Positions 47,327-55,792 are shown, counted from the stretch's first letter. The stretch: 64,000 nt of DNA from an uncultured Prevotellaceae bacterium (GCA_945941025.1 CAMEWL010000003.1:3373-67372); one strand, 5' to 3'. Translations and numbers: made by a program. Notes: a model not told the origin generated them from the sequence alone.

Positions 47327-49012
47327 ATGTGTGGAATCGTAGCAATACTAAACGTAAAGGAGCAGACGCAGCAGCTGCGTCAGAAAGCTCTTAAGATGAG
47401 TCAGAAAATACGTCACCGCGGTCCCGACTGGAGCGGCATATATTACGGCGGCTCGGCTGTCCTCGCCCACGAGCGTCTGAGCATCGTTGACCCCGAGTCT
47501 GGCGGTCAGCCTCTTTTCAGTTCCGACCGCAAGCAGGTGCTGGTGGTCAACGGAGAGATATACAACCATCAGGACATACGCCGCCGTTACGCCGGACAGT
47601 ATGACTTCCAGACCGGCAGCGACTGCGAGGTAATACTCGCTCTCTACCGTGACAAGGGCATACACTTCCTTGAGGAACTTAACGGCATCTTTGCCTTCGT
47701 GCTTTATGACGAGGAGAAGGACGCTTTCCTCATAGCACGCGACGCTATCGGTGTCATTCCTCTCTATATAGGGCATGACAGCGACGGCACCGTATATGTG
47801 GCTTCTGAGCTGAAAGCACTCGAGGGGCAGTGTGAGTACTATGAGCCTTTCCTCCCCGGTCACTACGTATGGAGCGGAGACGGGGCTGACGGAGAGAAGC
47901 CCTACTGCCTTACAAGGTATTACCAGCGTGACTGGTTCAGCTTTGACGCAGTGAAGGACAACGACGCAAGCGTCGCCGCCATACACGATGCACTGGAGGA
48001 TGCCGTGAAGCGTCAGCTGATGAGTGACGTGCCATACGGTGTACTGCTGTCGGGAGGCCTTGACTCTTCTGTCATCTCTGCCATAGCATGCAAATACTCT
48101 GAGATGCGCGTGGAGGATGACTCACGCACCAAGGCCTACTGGCCACGCCTGCACTCGTTTGCCGTAGGACTAAAGGGTGCGCCCGACCTTGCCAAGGCTC
48201 GCCTTGTGGCTGACCACATAGGTACCGTGCACCATGAGATAAACTACACCATAGAGGAGGGCCTCGATGCCATTCGCGACGTGATATACTACATCGAGAC
48301 GTATGACGTGACCACAGTGCGCGCCTCCACACCTATGTATCTGCTGGCACGCGTCATCAAGTCCATGGGCATCAAAATGGTGCTCTCAGGCGAGGGTGCC
48401 GACGAGATATTCGGCGGTTACCTCTACTTCCACAAGGCTCCGTCAGCACAGGCTTTCCACGAGGAGACCGTGCGCAAGCTGTCAAAGCTGCACATGTATG
48501 ACTGTCTGCGTGCCAACAAGAGCCTTTCTGCATGGGGCGTGGAGGGCAGAGTGCCGTTCCTCGACAAGGAGTTCCTCGACGTGGCGATGCGCACCAACCC
48601 CGAGGCAAAGATGTGTCCGGGCAAGACCATGGAGAAGCGCATAGTGCGCGAGGCATTTGCCAGCCTGCTGCCCGAGGAGGTGGCATGGCGACAGAAGGAG
48701 CAGTTCAGCGACGGCGTGGGCTACTCCTGGATTGACACCCTGAAGGAGATTACCGCCGCCGCCGTCACCGACGAGCAGATGGCTCACGCGGCAGAGCGCT
48801 TCCCTATCAACCCTCCACGCAACAAGGAGGAGTATTACTACCGCTCCATCTTTGCCGAGCACTTCCCCAGCGAGTCGGCAGCACGCAGCGTACCGTCAGA
48901 GGCAAGCGTGGCATGCTCCACCGCTACGGCTCTGGAGTGGGACGAGGCTTTCAAGAATATGAACGACCCGAGCGGCAGAGCTGTGAAGGGTGTGCATGAG
49001 AAAGCATACTAA
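47327..49012 (+). CDS. asnB: Asparagine synthase (glutamine-hydrolysing)
   Basis: MCGIVAIL (Ntn Cys2) and the SGGLDSS PP-loop. 561 aa. Confidence 0.95.
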   Translation: MCGIVAILNVKEQTQQLRQKALKMSQKIRHRGPDWSGIYYGGSAVLAHERLSIVDPESGGQPLFSSDRKQVLVVNGEIYNHQDIRRRYAGQYDFQTGSDCEVILALYRDKGIHFLEELNGIFAFVLYDEEKDAFLIARDAIGVIPLYIGHDSDGTVYVASELKALEGQCEYYEPFLPGHYVWSGDGADGEKPYCLTRYYQRDWFSFDAVKDNDASVAAIHDALEDAVKRQLMSDVPYGVLLSGGLDSSVISAIACKYSEMRVEDDSRTKAYWPRLHSFAVGLKGAPDLAKARLVADHIGTVHHEINYTIEEGLDAIRDVIYYIETYDVTTVRASTPMYLLARVIKSMGIKMVLSGEGADEIFGGYLYFHKAPSAQAFHEETVRKLSKLHMYDCLRANKSLSAWGVEGRVPFLDKEFLDVAMRTNPEAKMCPGKTMEKRIVREAFASLLPEEVAWRQKEQFSDGVGYSWIDTLKEITAAAVTDEQMAHAAERFPINPPRNKEEYYYRSIFAEHFPSESAARSVPSEASVACSTATALEWDEAFKNMNDPSGRAVKGVHEKAY

Positions 49013-49040
49013 AAAATTTTGTGTTTCTCTCATTTCTTCG

Positions 49041-49048
49041 TAACTTTG
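49041..49048 (+). promoter_or_regulatory. -7 box TAACTTTG upstream of the M48 peptidase gene
   Basis: Exact TAnnTTTG match, 28 nt upstream of the ATG at 49076. Confidence 0.55.
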
Positions 49049-49075
49049 CCTTCTGTAAGACAAACATACTGATAT

Positions 49076-49897
49076 ATGAAGAAACTACATCTATTAATCG
49101 CCACACTCACGACGGCACTGCTCATCGGATGTGGCACCACGTCAAAAGTCCCCATCACCGGACGCAAACAGAGTCTGTTAGTAAACAACGAACAGGTGCT
49201 GAGCCTCAGCGAGCAACAGTATAAGGAATACATGAAGACCGCCAAGGCCTCCACCAACGCCAAGCAGACCGCCATGGTGAAACGCGTGGGACAGCGTCTC
49301 GCAGCTGCCGTAGTGGAATATCTCAATGCCAACGGCATGGGTGACGAGGTGAAGACATACGCATGGGAGTTTAACCTCGTACAGAACAAAGAGGTGAACG
49401 CTTTCTGCATGCCGGGAGGCAAGATTGTAGTATATGAGGGCATACTGCCCGTAACAAAGGACGAGGCATCGCTCGCCGTGGTATTGGGACACGAGATAGC
49501 TCACGCCGTGGCTAAGCACTCTGCCGAGCGACTCAGCAATGCCTACCGCCAGCAGATAGGTCTGAAGGTACTGTCAGCTGGAGCGCAGATGGCAGGCGCC
49601 AGCTCTACGCTGCAGGGTCTCGGCACCGCAGTACTGGGTGTGGGTGCACAGGCATGGTCTTCAGGTTTCTCACGCAGTCAGGAGAGCGAGGCTGACCACA
49701 TCGGACTTATCTTCGCCGCTATGGCGGGCTATGACCCTGAGGTGGCTGTAAGCTTCTGGCAGCGCATGGCTGAGGCAAGCGGCAGCAAAGGCTCAGCAGT
49801 AAGCAGCATATTCAGCGACCACCCATCTGATGCCAAGCGTATCAAGCAGATACAGCAGTGGCTGCCTGAGGCCAAGACTTACTACAAGAGGCTGTAA
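49076..49897 (+). CDS. M48-family zinc metallopeptidase lipoprotein
   Basis: Lipobox LLIGC and the HEIAHAVAKH (HExxH) motif. Resembles LoiP/YcaL. Confidence 0.85.
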   Translation: MKKLHLLIATLTTALLIGCGTTSKVPITGRKQSLLVNNEQVLSLSEQQYKEYMKTAKASTNAKQTAMVKRVGQRLAAAVVEYLNANGMGDEVKTYAWEFNLVQNKEVNAFCMPGGKIVVYEGILPVTKDEASLAVVLGHEIAHAVAKHSAERLSNAYRQQIGLKVLSAGAQMAGASSTLQGLGTAVLGVGAQAWSSGFSRSQESEADHIGLIFAAMAGYDPEVAVSFWQRMAEASGSKGSAVSSIFSDHPSDAKRIKQIQQWLPEAKTYYKRL

Positions 49898-49930
49898 CGA
49901 CACACTATTACACCCCTGTCTATATATACC

Positions 49931-49968
49931 AGAAGCAACCGGCCTCTAAGCTGGTTGCTTCTTTTTTT
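49931..49968 (+). terminator. Rho-independent terminator after the M48 gene
   Basis: 10-bp stem AGAAGCAACC / GGTTGCTTCT followed by T6. Confidence 0.75.
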
Positions 49969-50162
49969 CCTTCATACCACCATACGAGGACAGAAAAAGG
50001 AAAGTCCCGGAGTATATCATACTCCAGGACTTCACGTCTTTGCCTACGACAGTCTGTTTCTTTTTTCTGTTTTCTTTTTCTGTTATTTACATCGCAAGCA
50101 GATATTGTTCAGGTGAGATTTTTACATAAACCGGATTTCTCTCACTCCAGCCCTCACACCCA

Positions 50163-50897
50163 TTACAGTCTGAACGGTATTGCCAGCGTGTAGCGCACAC
50201 GTGACACCGTGCCGTTATGCACGCCCGGCATCCATTTTGGCATGTTCTGTACCAGTCTTACGGCCTCACGCTCCAGATAAGGGTCACATGACTTCACCGG
50301 AGTGACATGAGACGTCTTGCCGTTACGCTCCACTATGAAGCTAACGATTACACGGTCCTGCGCACCAAACTCCTTGGCCAGCGCTGGATAGGTCTTGTTC
50401 TCGTTAAGGAATTTGGCCCATTTCTCCTGGCCGCCTATGACGTAAGGCATCTTCTCTACCTTGTCATACACCTGTGGACCGTCATCAAGCTTGGTTATCT
50501 CCTTCTGCTTCTTCACAGCCTCGGCTGTGGCAAGCGCACGGTTAGAGTCTTCAGCACCACCCTCGCCTGTGCCAGAGATATTCTGTGACACATAGCCGGT
50601 AGATTTCTCTGAGGCTGTTGAAGGCATAATGGTTACCATGTCCTTGCCGGCACCACCGCTGAACGGAGGCAGACTCTTGAAGAACTCTGTGATATCCTGC
50701 TGCATATCATAATCTATGGTGCTGCTCATTACCACATCAGTCACCTTTCCGTCATCACCGATAAAGTAATATATGTTCTGCTTGGTAGTGAACATACGTC
50801 CATACTCTATCAATTTCTGCTCTATGGCTGCCGCATTCTGCGCGCTGCCACTTATCGCTGCCAATGACAGGCATAAAGAAAGTAATAATTGTTTCAT
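50163..50897 (-). CDS. Secreted protein with a TonB C-terminal-like domain
   Basis: Signal peptide. The C-terminal ...YPALAKEFGAQDRVIVSFIVERNGKTSHV...REAVRLVQNMPKWMPG...VRYTLAIPF matches the TonB_C fold pattern. Confidence 0.7.
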   Translation of the reverse strand: MKQLLLSLCLSLAAISGSAQNAAAIEQKLIEYGRMFTTKQNIYYFIGDDGKVTDVVMSSTIDYDMQQDITEFFKSLPPFSGGAGKDMVTIMPSTASEKSTGYVSQNISGTGEGGAEDSNRALATAEAVKKQKEITKLDDGPQVYDKVEKMPYVIGGQEKWAKFLNENKTYPALAKEFGAQDRVIVSFIVERNGKTSHVTPVKSCDPYLEREAVRLVQNMPKWMPGVHNGTVSRVRYTLAIPFRL

Positions 50898-51112
50898 AAG
50901 CTATACCTTTCTATTATTAAAAGTGGGTTGTTTATAACAAAAAATGTTATGGCGACGGGAAACAACGCTAACCGACACCATAACAAAGTTAACTTTTTTT
51001 ATCTATGAACACAAGACTTTTTTCTATTTTTATGCTATTTTTACCGCAAAATAACAAAAAGTCAGTATAAATGTCATCTGTAAATTACAATTTTTCCTCT
51101 TCACCGAGGGGT

Positions 51113-51637
51113 TTAATCGTAACGCAGCTTACGTTCCTCTAAAGTATTGTACTGGTCCACATAGGTCAGTATGAGCGTAAACGCCTTGTCTGAGTCCACG
51201 CTTATCGTCACCGTACCGTAGTCCATCTTCATGCCATACTTTGGCAGCGTAGTCATGTCGCCCTGCTCGTTGATTACCTCGCCCTCCGTGCAGTACTGCT
51301 CTGTCACCACACGCTTCATGGCCTCGTAGAACGTGAGAAACTTGCTCAGCTCCTTCTCCTGCGGAAACCTTACCGTCACGCTCGTCATCATATTGGTGTG
51401 CACGCCATAGCCCAGCTCAAGCATTACCTTGCCACCGGCATAGTCCCCCTGCATCAGGCGTATGCCCTTGGGAGCCTTGGCGTTGGCGGCCGACAAGGCA
51501 TAGCCTTTCTCTTTCATCGCGGCGGTGAACTCATCCACCGGCATTCCCATACTTACACCCATATACTCCATGTGCTCCTCTGCACTGACGCAAAGGAACA
51601 CAAAAGACAGAAGGAGTAACACTAAATATCTTCTCAT
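51113..51637 (-). CDS. Hypothetical secreted protein
   Basis: 174-aa ORF with signal peptide MRRYLVLLLLSFVFLCVSA. No family recognised. Confidence 0.6.
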   Translation of the reverse strand: MRRYLVLLLLSFVFLCVSAEEHMEYMGVSMGMPVDEFTAAMKEKGYALSAANAKAPKGIRLMQGDYAGGKVMLELGYGVHTNMMTSVTVRFPQEKELSKFLTFYEAMKRVVTEQYCTEGEVINEQGDMTTLPKYGMKMDYGTVTISVDSDKAFTLILTYVDQYNTLEERKLRYD

Positions 51638-51663
51638 ACTGACATACTGTTTTTTTGTGTGTG

Positions 51664-51671
51664 CAAATATA
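51664..51671 (-). promoter_or_regulatory. -7 box TATATTTG upstream of the 51113..51637 gene
   Basis: Plus strand reads caaatata, 27 nt upstream of the ATG. Confidence 0.5.
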
Positions 51672-51756
51672 CTAATAAAAAACAGTATTTATTTATGTTT
51701 TTCCCATTTTTTGAAAAAATATATCAAAAATATTTGTGTAATTAAGAAAATAATAG

Positions 51757-51764
51757 TAACTTTG
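51757..51764 (+). promoter_or_regulatory. -7 box TAACTTTG upstream of the tRNA pair
   Basis: Exact TAnnTTTG match, ~88 nt upstream of tRNA-Ala. Confidence 0.5.
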
Positions 51765-51851
51765 CACTCGCAAATTTGCGAATACATACTCGCAATTTCG
51801 CAAAAGCGACCGTGAGCCTGCATCGCAGACGCTCAACAATGCGCCAACAAC

Positions 51852-51925
<74 letters not shown>

Positions 51926-51949
51926 CAGTGAGGAACAACAAACAATGAT

Positions 51950-52023
51950 GGCGGGATAGCTCAGCTGGTTAGAGCGTCGGATTCATAATCCGGAGGTCGA
52001 GGGATCGTGACCCCCTCCCGCTA
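51950..52023 (+). tRNA. tRNA with CAT anticodon (elongator Met or lysidine-modified Ile2), atypical T-arm
   Basis: Acceptor GGCGGGA/TCCCGCT has a G1:U72 pair. The D-arm is GCTCAGCTGGTTAGAGC and the anticodon loop is TTCATAA. The T-arm GAGGG-ATCGTGA-CCCCC has an A:C mismatch, and its loop is ATCGTGA rather than TTCRANY. Confidence 0.7.
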
Positions 52024-52034
52024 CTCTGAAAATC

Positions 52035-52066
52035 AAGCACTTACGAGAAATCGCAAGTGCTTTTTT
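52035..52066 (+). terminator. Rho-independent terminator after the tRNA pair
   Basis: Stem AAGCACTT(A)CG / CG(C)AAGTGCTT followed by a T-run. Confidence 0.75.
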
Positions 52067-52190
52067 CTTTGTCTTGCGAACAAATTGCGAACAAATTATA
52101 ATCTTAAACAATCATTTGCAACCATCAAATTAGGACTCTAAATCAAGACGGTCATAATTCATAGTCTTAATTTGGGTGTTTTTTTGTATA

Positions 52191-52232
52191 AAAAATAATA
52201 AAGGCGGTTTCTCTCGGGAAGCCGCCTTTATT
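52191..52232 (-). terminator. Rho-independent terminator after higA
   Basis: Stem AATAAAGGCGG / CCGCCTTTATT, followed on the minus strand by a T-run (A5 on the plus strand at 52191-52195). Confidence 0.7.
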
Positions 52233-52246
52233 ATTATAACTCTAAT

Positions 52247-52921
52247 TTACAAGAATGATACTGCCTGTAGTTCTCTTGATATGTCACCTACGCAAGCAGA
52301 AAGGCGAGCATAGGTCTTTTCTCCTGCTTTCTTTGTGCCATTAGAGTATTGAAGCATCAATGCCGGACTTATATGTGACCTTTTGGCTAACTCTGATACA
52401 TTGAGGAAAGAGAAATAACTGAAGAATGCCTGTAGGTCATATTTGTATTCAGGTTCTATTTCTTTGACTGCTTCACCTTTGCTTCTACATTCTTCTTTGG
52501 CACAAACCAAGCGTTTTGCAAATTCTTCTTTTGCCTCCTTTACTGTATCTCCGCTTGCTGCAAGCGTAGCACCATAGACAGGCTTTTCGCTTGTGCACTG
52601 ATACTTACCATCCTCTGTTTGCGAAATCAGCACCTTAACCTTTGTTCTCTTGCTTTCTATCGCTTTGCAATCATACACATAGCCGTTGTGCAGCGACATC
52701 CATATAGAATAGCCGATGCCTAGATGTTGCTCCAACCTCATAGCCAAATCCTCATTGAGGTTTCGCTTGCCCTTTATGAACTCATTAAGGTGTGTTGCTT
52801 GCACTCCTATCTGCTGTGCAAAGTCCTTTTGCTTTATGCCACGCTCCAGAAGTTCCTCACGCAGTATTTCGCCGGGATGTATAGCCTTTGCAGGCACTAA
52901 CCTGTTATTTTTTGTTGCCAT
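52247..52921 (-). CDS. higA: HigA-type antitoxin (XRE HTH) with an extra ~120-aa C-terminal extension
   Basis: The N-terminus IHPGEILREELLERGIKQKDFAQQIGVQATHLNEFIKGKRNLNEDLAMRLEQ is classic HigA. The C-terminal half has a HicB-like beta-rich segment and a second HTH-like stretch (LNVSELAKRSHISPALMLQYSNG). Confidence 0.75.
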   Translation of the reverse strand: MATKNNRLVPAKAIHPGEILREELLERGIKQKDFAQQIGVQATHLNEFIKGKRNLNEDLAMRLEQHLGIGYSIWMSLHNGYVYDCKAIESKRTKVKVLISQTEDGKYQCTSEKPVYGATLAASGDTVKEAKEEFAKRLVCAKEECRSKGEAVKEIEPEYKYDLQAFFSYFSFLNVSELAKRSHISPALMLQYSNGTKKAGEKTYARLSACVGDISRELQAVSFL

Positions 52922-53237
52922 AGTGTGTATCGTTTATCTCTATCAACTCTATTTCTATTCCATCATCTGTTTCTGAGAATATCAACCGTTCAATAAAACC
53001 GTTGGCTATCCGAACGGAACTTATGTTGTTTCCTCGCTGATATTTCAGTTTCTCATAGTGCAGGAAACTCAAGGGCTTTAAATCATCTGTGCTCTCAACA
53101 TTATACAGGATGCTCACCGCACGGATATAGCCGTCAACTAATTTCTTGTTCCTACACAAGACCTTGTATTTCTTGTCCTTTGTCCTCATTGTTTGATACA
53201 ACTCAGATAAAGCCTCGTCCCTAAATGTAATCTTCAT
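52905..53237 (-). CDS. higB: HigB/RelE-family toxin
   Basis: 110 aa. ...SVRIANGFIERLIFSE...IELIEINDTHYG resembles the HigB pattern (sirin..wRlif...veivDYH). It lies upstream of higA and overlaps it by 17 nt, the order typical of higBA. Confidence 0.7.
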   Translation of the reverse strand: MKITFRDEALSELYQTMRTKDKKYKVLCRNKKLVDGYIRAVSILYNVESTDDLKPLSFLHYEKLKYQRGNNISSVRIANGFIERLIFSETDDGIEIELIEINDTHYGNKK

Positions 53238-53262
53238 TCAATATTATTTTTAGTTGACACTG

Positions 53263-53270
53263 CAAAGTTA
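53263..53270 (-). promoter_or_regulatory. -7 box TAACTTTG upstream of higB
   Basis: Plus strand reads caaagtta, 26 nt upstream of the ATG at 53237. Confidence 0.55.
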
Positions 53271-53399
53271 AGTAGAAATTACCAAATCTGGTAATTATTT
53301 GTAAAGAAAATTCATAGAATAACACATTTTTAACATTTCCCTTTATGACAGCGGAAAATCTAGGTGTGAACCCTATGAAGCATTCACACCTTGTATTAT

Positions 53400-54530
53400 C
53401 TAAGCCCACTTGAACCGTCGGCGCAGCCATACTTTCAGTACAGGGTCGGCGATGTACAGACCAGACTCAAGTTCTTCTATCAGCTCACGCTCCAACAGAG
53501 CCGTGCGTATGCGTGGTATGTTTGATGGAGAACCAAGGTTGTATTCATCACGCACCTTGACCGTACCGAAATCCTTGTGTATGTCATCGATAATGGCACG
53601 CATGAAATTAAGCTGATATGTGGTAAGATGTTCCGTTTTTTCAAGAAACAATGATGTGTTTTCATCAAGCAAGTCATTATATGCCTGGTTTATGTCAGCC
53701 ATTGTTGTGGTGCCGTTTGTTGCAAGCAATGTGTAAAATGCCAGCTGCTGCACATACGATGAGTGGTTCTCTACCATGCCACATATCTCTGCCGCCATGT
53801 CTTCCGACAGCGTCTTTCCCTCATTGGCAAAACGACTGCACAGATATGGTTGCCAGTCCTCGGTAGGGATAACCCCGAGTTGCATCATAGAACCGAACTT
53901 ATAAAAAGGTTTGCTGCGTTGCTGAAAAAGAGAACTGAGCATATTACGCTTGCTTCCATATAGGCAATAGGAAACGTTCTGCTGGTGCTGCCATACTGTG
54001 CGAAGGCGCTTCTGTACGGTCAGTGTGTCAGTAAAATCGCCTATCTGCTGAAACTCGTCTATACATACCACAATATGCCATCCTTTACGTTTGGCTATTT
54101 CTTCTGGCAGATTAAGTATCTGCTCTGGAGTATGCGTCTTTGGCGTTATGCCAAGTGATACGCTGTACTCCTGCATAGGTTCGGGTGAGAAAGAAAAGCG
54201 TGGGGTGATACGTGTGAGAAACTCCTGTGCCATCTGCCGCCATTCATCTATACGTGATGACGTCTGTTGTAAGACAGCGGCGGCAAACATATTATAGAAA
54301 TCATATTCGCTGCGACATGAGAATATATCCATTTTCACCACATGCAGTTCATCATCCTGCACATCATTTGCCACATAATTGACAAGCGATGTCTTACCGA
54401 TGCGCCGTGGTGATATAAGTATAGTGTTCACTCCATACTTGAAGTTTGCAGATAGTCGTTCTATCTCCTCCTTCCTGCCGATAAAGTGGTCATTTCCTAC
54501 CGCAACACCAAAAACAAATGGCTTTCTCAT
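53400..54530 (-). CDS. AAA-type ATP-binding protein (archaeal-ATPase / DUF234-like family)
   Basis: FIGRKEEIERL...ILISPRRIGKTSLV (Walker A) and VVCIDEFQ (Walker B). 376 aa. Confidence 0.75.
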   Translation of the reverse strand: MRKPFVFGVAVGNDHFIGRKEEIERLSANFKYGVNTILISPRRIGKTSLVNYVANDVQDDELHVVKMDIFSCRSEYDFYNMFAAAVLQQTSSRIDEWRQMAQEFLTRITPRFSFSPEPMQEYSVSLGITPKTHTPEQILNLPEEIAKRKGWHIVVCIDEFQQIGDFTDTLTVQKRLRTVWQHQQNVSYCLYGSKRNMLSSLFQQRSKPFYKFGSMMQLGVIPTEDWQPYLCSRFANEGKTLSEDMAAEICGMVENHSSYVQQLAFYTLLATNGTTTMADINQAYNDLLDENTSLFLEKTEHLTTYQLNFMRAIIDDIHKDFGTVKVRDEYNLGSPSNIPRIRTALLERELIEELESGLYIADPVLKVWLRRRFKWA

Positions 54531-54567
54531 ATACTTAACGTCTTTAATTAAACACTATTATCGCCAG

Positions 54568-54575
54568 CAAAGTTA
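54568..54575 (-). promoter_or_regulatory. -7 box TAACTTTG upstream of the ATPase gene
   Basis: Plus strand reads caaagtta, 38 nt upstream of the ATG at 54530. Confidence 0.55.
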
Positions 54576-54590
54576 CAATTTTTTTTCTAT

Positions 54591-54638
54591 ACACACAAGT
54601 TTGTGTAACACAAACTTGTGTAACACAAACTTGTGTGA
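54591..54638. promoter_or_regulatory. Triple ACACAA(G/A)(T/C)TTGTGT palindrome cluster (candidate operator)
   Basis: acacacaagtttgtgtaacacaaacttgtgtaacacaaacttgtgtgag. Three copies of a 14-bp dyad sit just upstream of the -7 box of the ATPase gene. Confidence 0.5.
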
Positions 54639-54795
54639 GTGCTATTCCATTGTCTTATAACAAATTAAGGTGTGAGCCCGTTATATAGTGAAGTATGCGT
54701 CATAAATTATATCTGTGTATGAATTCATCGCATTTATGCTTGCGCTTAGCAAAACTCACGTAAAACTACCAAACTGTTATTTCAACCCAATCACC

Positions 54796-55189
54796 AAAAT
54801 GTCCTATTTTTGGCTTCGATTCCTTGCGATATTAGTCAGCAAACTCTGTTACGGGCTGAAATATCGCAAGGAATTTGCGTTTTACGTATAATGCTGTAAT
54901 ACAGCACTATACAGAGCGGAGAGGTGCTTGAAGTGTGACATTTTAGGGCTTTTTCAGCGTGAAAGCTATGCTTTTACATGGTAAAGTGATAGCTTTTACA
55001 CTATGAAAGCTATGCTTTTAGGATATGAAAGTTATGCTTTTATACCCTAAAATGAGGCTTTTTACCCTGAAAAACGAAAAAAAGAAGACTGCCAGTTGTT
55101 GCAATCTTCTTCTCTGTTGGTCTGTTTTTCTTCCGAAATTCTCTAGTTTGCGATTTGTAATGAAATGTTAAATCACCAAAATGTCCTAT
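54796..55189 (-). repeat. Composite non-coding element, copy 3 (bounded by 19-bp direct repeats AATCACCAAAATGTCCTAT)
   Basis: Identical 19-mers at 54789-54807 and 55171-55189. Between them lie a 13-bp-stem hairpin (54821-54833 / 54860-54872) and the 22-bp unit array. The orientation is opposite to copies 1 and 2. Confidence 0.75.
54941..55072 (-). repeat. Array of five to six ~22-bp AAAGC-N3-GCTTT units
   Basis: Units read cgtgaaagctatgcttttacatg / gtaaagtgatagcttttacacta / tgaaagctatgcttttaggata / tgaaagttatgcttttataccc / taaaatgaggctttttaccc. Confidence 0.8.
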
Positions 55190-55222
55190 CCGACCTCCAT
55201 GTCCGCGGTATGAGAATGTGCG

Positions 55223-55792
55223 TCAGGATTTCAGTTTGTCCATGGCGAAATACTTCCACAGGGGTGCCGCCATCATGGCTTGGTGGAACTCGTCGTTCTT
55301 CAGCATCCTGATGACCTCCTCACGCTCAAGCAGCACCACCTTGATATCCTCTGACTCCTCCAAGTGCTGCCCAGACAAACGCTCCACGCCCACCGCGAGG
55401 AAGGTGTGGCTGCTGTTGGTGCAGGCTCCGGGGTTAGGACTGACGGTCATGAGGTGGCTCCACTCTCCGCCACCGTAGCCCGTCTCCTCATACAGTTCAC
55501 GCTTGGCGGCCTCCATTGGGTCCTCACCCTCCTCCACGCATCCGGCAGGTATCTCATACGCCGTAAGGTGCTGCGCATGGCGGTACTGCCGCTCCATGAG
55601 GAAACGGCCGTCCTTGGTGATGGCTATCACATTACAGAACTCAGGGTACTCAAGCACATAGAATTCTTGTATCTCCGCACCGGTAGGCAGTCTCACGTGC
55701 TCACGCCTCACCGTCAGCCACGGACGCTTATACAGATACTCACTCTCAAGCACCTCCCACTCCATCGGGTCTTTGTCTTTCTTCTTATCCAT
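55223..55792 (-). CDS. NUDIX hydrolase (ADP-ribose pyrophosphatase-like)
   Basis: Nudix box GCVEEGEDPMEAAKRELYEETG (GX5EX7REUXEEXGU). Confidence 0.88.
   Translation of the reverse strand: MDKKKDKDPMEWEVLESEYLYKRPWLTVRREHVRLPTGAEIQEFYVLEYPEFCNVIAITKDGRFLMERQYRHAQHLTAYEIPAGCVEEGEDPMEAAKRELYEETGYGGGEWSHLMTVSPNPGACTNSSHTFLAVGVERLSGQHLEESEDIKVVLLEREEVIRMLKNDEFHQAMMAAPLWKYFAMDKLKS

Noticed and set aside
52030-54640. The tRNA-adjacent islet might be an intact integrative element or prophage remnant.
   Set aside because: No integrase, excisionase, transposase or phage genes are present. I could not find a direct repeat of the tRNA 3' end. At most it is a decayed islet.
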